Shown in pieces: positions 53,533-64,000 of a stretch of 64,000 bases of DNA. Each line of letters begins with the position of its first letter. Within the stretch, counting starts at the first letter, position 1. The position numbers were made by a program, and so were the translations under genes. The notes beneath the pieces were generated by a model. It did no database searches. It was given only the letters and a program-made list of their open reading frames with translations, and had not been told where the DNA came from. This DNA is from Chlorokybus atmophyticus (Eukaryota; Plantae; Mesostigma and Chlorokybus algae), in NCBI GenBank assembly GCA_009103225.1, contig RHPI01003156.1, positions 1,112,159-1,176,158 on the forward strand. Direction: 5' to 3'.

Positions 53533-56295
53533 GTGATTGAAAGCCCCTTGTGCAAGCTCATGCCCGGCAAGGCGCGCTGGCACAGCATTCCAGGGCAGTA
53601 GTTGCGTGTTGTTGTGTATGTACTTCCACAGCCCTGATGCAAGAATTGCAAAATTTGGTCGCTTCTCAAGTTGTCACGAAACACATATTCCGCTCTCTTC
53701 GGCTGTAGTGGTTTGAGTGCTTGCCAATTTTATCATCTGCTGCGGGGTGGTCCAACGCATTGAAGTCAGCCGTCAAGCCAACCATAGCTTGATTGACTGC
53801 TGCTGGTAATATCTGGTAGTTGTGTTGTTTGGACCTGTGCTTGCTGCAAATAGATTAGTGTCATGCGGCCGCTTGCGTTGGATTTTGGCTGCTCTTGTCC
53901 ACCTCACTAATTGGAGTTATGCGTCGAGCAGCTAATGCTAGAGAGCACAACCATTTGTGACATATATGATTTGTCAATAGACCATAAAGCACCATGTGCG
54001 CGGTAACCCAAGCACACAACCACATGTAGGCTGTCATGCGCGTTGCGGTTGATGACAGTGCCTTCCTCCGCCTATGTGATGTGTGTTGTCGTGAATGTGT
54101 TTGGTGGTTAGTACTTGGGCACACTCCGTTGTTGGAGGCCCGGGCTAGCCCTTGCACTATGCTACTGCTTATTGTTAATGTGCTCGTTGTACAAAAACAA
54201 TTGTAAAAATTATCATCTACTGTTCTTGTGCTCTTCTTCTTGTGCATATACCGGGAATATGGATGCTATGTGAACATGTTCACCATTCAATTCAGACATA
54301 CCAATAGCGGCGACGTGTGTGTGTGTGTGTGTGGTTAGGCGCACCGCACTTCACAAGCACTGACACAAAGATTGTTGCGAGCCACCGCCAACCAACATTT
54401 TCTGGCGCTGCAGGTTCTGAAAGCTCACTGCTTGCCCTCATCTTTGCTTAACATGCGCTGCGTCTGCATGCACGCAAGTGTGATAGCCCATGTAGGCTGA
54501 TGCGGTGGCAGACTTGGTGGTGTGGTGATGAGTTGTGTGCCTATAGTTTCTGTTACACAGAGCTATGTCGAGTTCTTAATAGAAACTTTCTACTTTTATT
54601 CGCCGAGCGCGAACAAGAATAGAGACAATTCGGTTGTTACGCGTCACATTGGCACCGAGTAATGTTATGTGCTGTAGTTATGTATGATAGAATGTTGGGT
54701 TGAAATTCTAGTACAGCTGCGCTCGTTAATCATGGTAATAAACATTGTGATACATGCTGGTAGCGTGTCTATCACACCCAACCAATTTGCATAATCACAG
54801 TGCAAGCTCCTTTGTTGCAAAACGGCTAAGTTACACTTGTAATGCAAAACTTTACACGTATGTATTATACATGTTAAAACAAGTAGAACCTTGAAACAAC
54901 GTTTTCAGAAGAATGCACGTGTGCATAATTGGGAACACTTGCATGAAGTTTGACTTATCACACACAATAACCGACCGGGGGAAACACACAATGCTTATTA
55001 TCAGGCCGCCCTAATGCGGTGGCCGCATGTAATACCACTTGCTACTTGCCGACGTGATGCAAATGTTTAAAGTTAACAAGCTTGAGTTAATGGGCGAGAC
55101 CTTCGCACGCTGCGCAATGCAGCGACACTTGTGCTGCCTCATTTTTACATAGCAAACTGCAATTACACTGTTAGATTTAACAATATTATCATTCGTTTCG
55201 AGTTTAACAACGTAATAATGTTGTAATATTATTTATGGTCCATAAGTATGTATTAATGTAGAAGTAATTAATAACCACCATGTAAAATATGGGACTTGTC
55301 TATGATCGTTTTAAGTATAAACTTCCTTACAACGTCAGCTTATGATAACGTGGCTTTTATTACAACTTATACTGTACAAGCATACCCTCATGAATAACAT
55401 ACTTATGTTGGCAACTTCCAACATAGATCATTTGTTGAGAGAATACCCCCGGTTTGTGGAGCAGAATGCTGAAGTATACGTGATTTTTACAACGGGAAGA
55501 CTGTACGTGTCATGCTGCATCGTACTGTACGGCATGATGTCGTATTGGTACAAGATCAGTACGAAGCGACACAGTGGCGTTACGCCATATACAGCGTGAC
55601 GGGTGACGCAGTAGCATGGTTTGGATTACAAGGCGCGCCACGTAAGCTGCAATACATGATAAGCACGAGGAAATCGATAAGCTCGAGGCAGGAGGTCGAG
55701 TTTATCTATCGCGATCTACTGGTAGACCGCATGGATCAGAATGCGATCACACTCATAAGACTCATGACTCAAGATTGTGGACCCCTCGCTGAGGGGCCCT
55801 CGAGGCTTCATCCATCAAGCAAGTGCGACCGTCGAATTGAGCACATTTACACGCATGACTCATGGGCATTCACGTCCCTGCATTCCGTAAAAGGACCCCT
55901 ACCACCCCGAAAAGTAGCCTGCAATAGGTCCAGCAGGCTGGCAGTACAGGCGTGGCAAATTCCCAGGTGACCACATGTTCAGTCCCCCAAAAAAGAAAGA
56001 AAATCAATGACCCCTGTTGCGTAACTTGAACTAAAACCGCGTGATTCAGTGAACTACAGTACAGTACTGTACAAAGCATGTCGCAGACAGAAGGGCGCGC
56101 GCCTTGCCAAACAGCCAACCGTCACGGACGGGGTCAAGTTTGAACTTAGCCGCTTGCAGCTGGAAGTACCGGTGGCAGTGGCAGTGGCAGTGGCACAGGC
56201 GGCGGCGGCTGTGGTGAAGGCGGCGCTAGCTGGCTTTGCAGGCGAGGCAGTTAGGTTAGGGTTTGGTGTAGGTGGCGGCGGTGGTGGCGTCCAGC

Positions 56296-59317
<3,022 letters not shown>

Positions 59318-60860
59318 TGGTAGGCTGTGTGCTTTGTCTCAAGTTGCAGTTTCCAGAAGAGTTTTCCTACGTGTATAGTCATTTCTGTTTGCGCGGTTTA
59401 TTATCATTATGCGGAGGCCGCAGTTGTCAATAGTGTATACAGGCTCTAGACTATTACTTACAACCACAGGTAGCAACCTGTGGTTGTAGTTTGTGTAGTT
59501 CGTGTTCAGGTGTAGAGGGATTTCAAGTTGTTCAACGTGTCGTGTACTTTTGCCTCATGTTGAAGTGTTTGTTGCAGCCAAACATTGTGCAGACAGCATG
59601 CCACATGTGTATCAGCAGACCCTGCTGGCGACAGGGTAGTGGGGCACCCTGGCGCACGCTCAGTGTTGCTGTATGTGCGCTGAGTGTGCGATGCATGTTA
59701 ATCGTGCCGTGTGAGTGGCGGGGTGTGTGATGAATAGTCTGTGTGCAACTGTGTGAGGTGGTGTGCAACTGACTGTAAGCATGCCGTGCGATTGCCTTGT
59801 ACAAAATGCCGCTATGCTTAATGTTACTGTGCTGTTGCGTTGGACTGCTTGATTGCTCCTGTGTGCGTTGCTATATTGCATGTATTTGCTTTACATAGAA
59901 GCGAACTGTACCAGGTATAGCTTCAGCTGTGTTGCTGTACCAGCCGTGTGACTAACATTGGTGGCAATATGAGCTATGGCGGCTTGATTGTACCACTCAT
60001 GGCGCCAGAAGGTTGATGATGTTGGTGTTGTCGGTAATCGCTCCGCCACCGCTGCTGCCCCCTCCCCCTTGCTGTCACTGTCACGCTCAGCAACAAGCAG
60101 TACAGCATCCAAGTTGTGGCCTTCAAACTTGGATGCGCCCATCTAGTACCAGTACTTTCTTGTACCCATATGCATATGCATAGAGATCATAAGAGTTGCA
60201 AAGAAGCAACTCACGCTTTAAGGGGCCCAATGCATAGCACACCGAGCACAAAGCACACAGCAAATGCAGCAAATAGAGTGGGGGCCAATGTAGAGCTTGC
60301 AAACAGCTATCCTAGCTATCCTAGCTATGACACACATGTAACAGGCATGCGTTTGAATGGCAAGCATCCTGTAAAAATGTCCATCAACGCAAATAGATAT
60401 TGTAGCCAGTTCTGTAGGTCATAATATGGCTATACATCAACACCGTGTGGCATGGATGCAATTGCCGGACATTCACCATACTAGCAGACAGTATTCCAGC
60501 ATCCCATTTCACAGAACCTTGGAAAGAGTCTCACCCAACAACATTTTCTGCCCACTGTGAGCTAACTTGTTAGCTTGTGAAAGCCAACAACTTAGCAGAC
60601 ATGTCTTGATACTGTCTAGCCAGCTTGGCAACTAACGCAGCACCACAGCAGATTCCAGAACCTACCAGAAAGCCTTATGTAACAGGGTTTGCAAGTCATA
60701 AAAAATGCGCTGTAGTGCGCACAGACCTCTCTAGGAAGCAGCCTGCAGCGCAGGCAGCCTCCTCCTCTTATTTAGTCAAACAGGGAGGCTGCCATTGAAT
60801 TAACGACACTCATGCCAGGTGCTGCACATGTGCAAGCCTCAACCGCACCGGATGTGGCGG

Positions 60861-62360
60861 CTACCTCATGCGCGCAGAGCGTGCATAGGCCAGCGCAGAG
60901 ACAGTTGCGGCAGTGAGGACAATTGCAACGGTGGCCCACCGATTTGAGACCATGCGGGCGTCACGCAGAGCATCCCGCAGCTCCACCACCTCGCATTGCA
61001 CGCCAGCCAAGTCCCCCTTTGCCCGCGCCGCCTGCGCCCGCAGCTCCTCCAGGGACCTCATCAGCCCGGGGTTTTCCTGAAAAACGACCGCAACACAACA
61101 AGGACACGTCACAATCAGACGGATGGCGTTGTGTTCACACTCCAGCCACACGGCCACTACGCACCTCTGGTACACGTGTGGGCGACTTGGAGTTGCTGGA
61201 TGCAGTCTCCTCTTTGAGCAACCTCAGCTGCTTCTCACTGTCATCTTTTGCCCGTCGTGCTTCCTCGCTTGCCTAAGCACACAATGCATATTGGCAACCA
61301 AATCAGTGCACACAAATACACGCGCGCGCGCACCACACATTAACCTTCAGGATGCTGTACCTTATTGGCATGAGCGAGCTGCTTGGAGACCTCATCGGAG
61401 CGGGATTCGGAGGCCGACAAGGCGGCGCGAATGAGGTCCCGCTCCTGCGTGAGTAACATGATCGAGCGGTCTTGCGCTTCCCTGGCCTTCTCGCGCTCGC
61501 TCTCCAGCCCCTGCACGCATTCTCGCAACTCGCCGGCAGCCTTGCGTGCAACATCAAGCTCCTCCTCAGCCCTCGCCAGCTGCCAGACAGGTGACGACAA
61601 CGATGATAATCACACAACAATGCCAATAACAATAACAACAACAACAACAAACAACAGGAGGATTTGTACGTATTGGTCTACCTAACTAGTCTCACCCTCT
61701 CTTGTGCATCGGCCAGTGCCGCCTCAACTTCCTGCCGCTCCGCCCGCAGCTTGCTGGCTTCCAGCTGGCTTTCTTGCAAGTTGGCCTCTTGTGCCGACAA
61801 CTGCATGCGACAACCAACGAGCTCATGTACCCAACAGACTGACAAATCTACAATGTTCAATGAACTCACATCATGTGCGTGCATGCGCGCATGTGTGCAC
61901 ACTTATTCACGCCACACCCGATACTTGCATTACATTCACAATCGCATAATCTTGGTCATAATTACGGTTGTCATAAGCTTTCTCGTACCTGTTGGCGAAG
62001 GGATGCATCGGCATCGCTCATTGCGGCATTGGCTGCATCATTGAGCACATCATCATTGAGGTCCGCAACAGACTCGCCGCCAGCAGTGGCGCCTGCGGTG
62101 GACGTGGCGCTGCGGCTGGAATGGGCAGGGCTCGATGGCGCCGCAGACGCAAGCTCCTTGTTGCTCATGTGGTCGATGTCGTCATGGTGGGCAGCATGAA
62201 CGTCAACAACAGTCCCGTTGCCATTCGCTGCCGATGATGGTGATGCCGCTGCCGGCGGGGATCGCCCCCGCGACGGAGATGTTGTTTGCGATCGCGTTGG
62301 CGTTGTCAGCCCCGCTGTGCCGCCGCCGTTGCCGGCTTTCTTATGCTTGTTTTTCCCCAT
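60861..62360 (-). CDS. Coiled-coil protein with a C-terminal transmembrane (tail) anchor
   Basis: MGKNKHKK... low-complexity N-terminus; four heptad-rich exons (EANLQESQLEASKLRAERQEVEAALADAQER etc.); ends WATVAIVLTAATVSALAYARSARMR*. Confidence 0.75.
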
Positions 62361-63080
62361 TACCACACCAGCTGTATTGCAATGTTCCTTTTCCGCTTCA
62401 CCTTCATGCACAATACATATGGCGTCAATAATGCGTGTGGACTAGCTGAGCTCTAAACTCACGTGCATGCATTGCAACTAAATCCCAGGCAATTACATAC
62501 TCTTTGCAACTGTTGCAAGGTCGCTTGACATTTGCTGCTTGCTACACAAGACGAATGCTGATGGGGAACCGACACAATCACGCAACATGCATGCAAGTAC
62601 CAGTCGAGAAAGTTCAAACTGGATTTGGTAAAGCATACGTAGAGTGAATGCGTCGAAACAACCTGACTTGCAAGAAACATAACCTCATACGGCATCACAA
62701 CAGTATGTGCACTCCAATGAGCCAGGTGAACATCAGCCATGACAGGTTAACATGCCCACTGACGGCACTGACGCTTCGCCTGAGCGACGCTATCAGCAAA
62801 GTCGCCACAGCTCACCTGGCAGCGCTCACTGGTCCAATCTACGACGATGCCCACCCCAACATCGCCACGGCCGCCGACGCCGCCGACAACAACAAGGACA
62901 GCACCGCAGCCGTTACTTGGGGCAAGCCATCTGAAACCCTAATTCTTCATCGCAGCGCTTGGTTCAGTGACGCGAATCAGTTGAATCAGTGAATCAACTC
63001 TTGAGTGATCTGATTGTAGAATGTTGTAAAAAAGCCAAAACCTAAATCTACAGCCAAGCCTCAGCCCTATCTGGGCGGCG

Positions 63081-64000
63081 ATGGCGATGCCGATGGCGAC
63101 GGCGGTGGCGGTGGCGGCGGCGGTGTTGGTTAGGGCAGGGGGAAAATCTTGCTGTAATTCAAGAGCATGCACGATGACGTGCAGAAGCGTGCCGCCGCCA
63201 CCGTCTGCAGTGGTGCGGGCACCGAGCAGCACGGTGACGCTCAGGCCCAGAGGGCGGAGGAGGAGGCGGGGGAGGCGGCGGGAGCGGTGTGCTGAGGTGC
63301 ATTGCGCTGCTGACGTGGTTGATCTGGTCACGGACGACACCGCCAATGCCACCGCCTCGGGGCCGGTGTGGGTGGAGACCAGGTCGGCCGGTTCGGCACT
63401 GACGCTGGCTGATGGAATGGAGGCGCTGACGGCGGCACTGGCGGACATGCGCATGCAGGAGGATGACAACGACGACGCGCTCCCCTGCGGCCTGGTCCGC
63501 GTAGAGGTCGCCCTCCCCCCCGCCGCCGCCCCACCGCTGACGTGGCTCGCCGCCCAGGACGCTGCCCAGGGCAACGCCCAGGACGCCCTTCTCCTACCCA
63601 GGGTTTACTTCAGATCCCGTGACCCCCGCCCAGGGTTTCCTGACCCTGACCCCGACGATGATGACAATAACAACAACAAGGCCCGCACGCACACGCACGA
63701 CCACACTCACCCCCTCGCTTGCGCAAGCATTGGCGCTGCGGCCATCTGGCAAGATAAGGACAACAACAATCCTCTTGACATCGATGTGTGGCAAGACATC
63801 CATAGGTATGTGTGTGGTGTGGTGCAATGTGATAGTCATGCATGCGCATGTGGTCAGTTGCAAGATTGTGACCAGGTGGATGTCGGCGTCAGCACCACAT
63901 GTGAGAGTCTACGGAGGCACGCGTTTTGATGTGTATGGGACAGTTTCGTCCGAATGGGCGGAGTTTGGGTCGTACTTCTTTGTGCTTCCGCTGGTTGAGT
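63081..64000 (+). CDS. ICS: Isochorismate synthase (MenF/ICS, or PHYLLO N-terminal module), truncated by the window end
   Basis: Transit-peptide-like start, then GLVRVEVALP...PLTWLAAQ...LPRVYFRSRD, ASIGAAAIW and YGGTRFD...SEWAEFGSYFFVLPLVE. Confidence 0.8.

Noticed and set aside
59891-60142. 83-aa minus-strand ORF between malic enzyme and the coiled-coil gene
   Set aside because: No domain or splice support; it lies in overlapping 3' UTR territory.

Overview
Eukaryotic, intron-rich genomic DNA read with the standard genetic code. The gene set (PPD5, BRAHMA, ATXR2, isochorismate synthase, plastid-type transit peptides) points to a green alga or early-diverging green plant; that placement is inference. 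Positions ~1-1600 are an AT-rich decayed block. About 1600-9300 is a decayed Ty3/Gypsy retrotransposon with the order gag-protease-C5 DNA methyltransferase-RT-RNaseH-integrase-PHD finger, carrying two miniature LTR elements (TRIMs). The rest holds about 12 multi-exon host genes: PPD5, BRM, a bacterial-type Zn-dependent dehydrogenase (plus a decayed partial copy), squalene synthase, ATXR2, an Ariadne E3, a TTP-like tandem CCCH protein, UBC12/RCE1, malic enzyme, a tail-anchored coiled-coil protein and isochorismate synthase (cut by the window end). There is a 605-N gap at 51348-51952. The most striking locus is 37153-41143 (minus strand). It reconstructs as a fully open 13-exon, ~729-aa gene joining a squalene-synthase paralog with a degenerate active site to a TLDc (OXR1-type) domain, and it shares intron positions with the canonical squalene synthase 8 kb away. 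All family calls come from motif recognition by eye; no database search was run.
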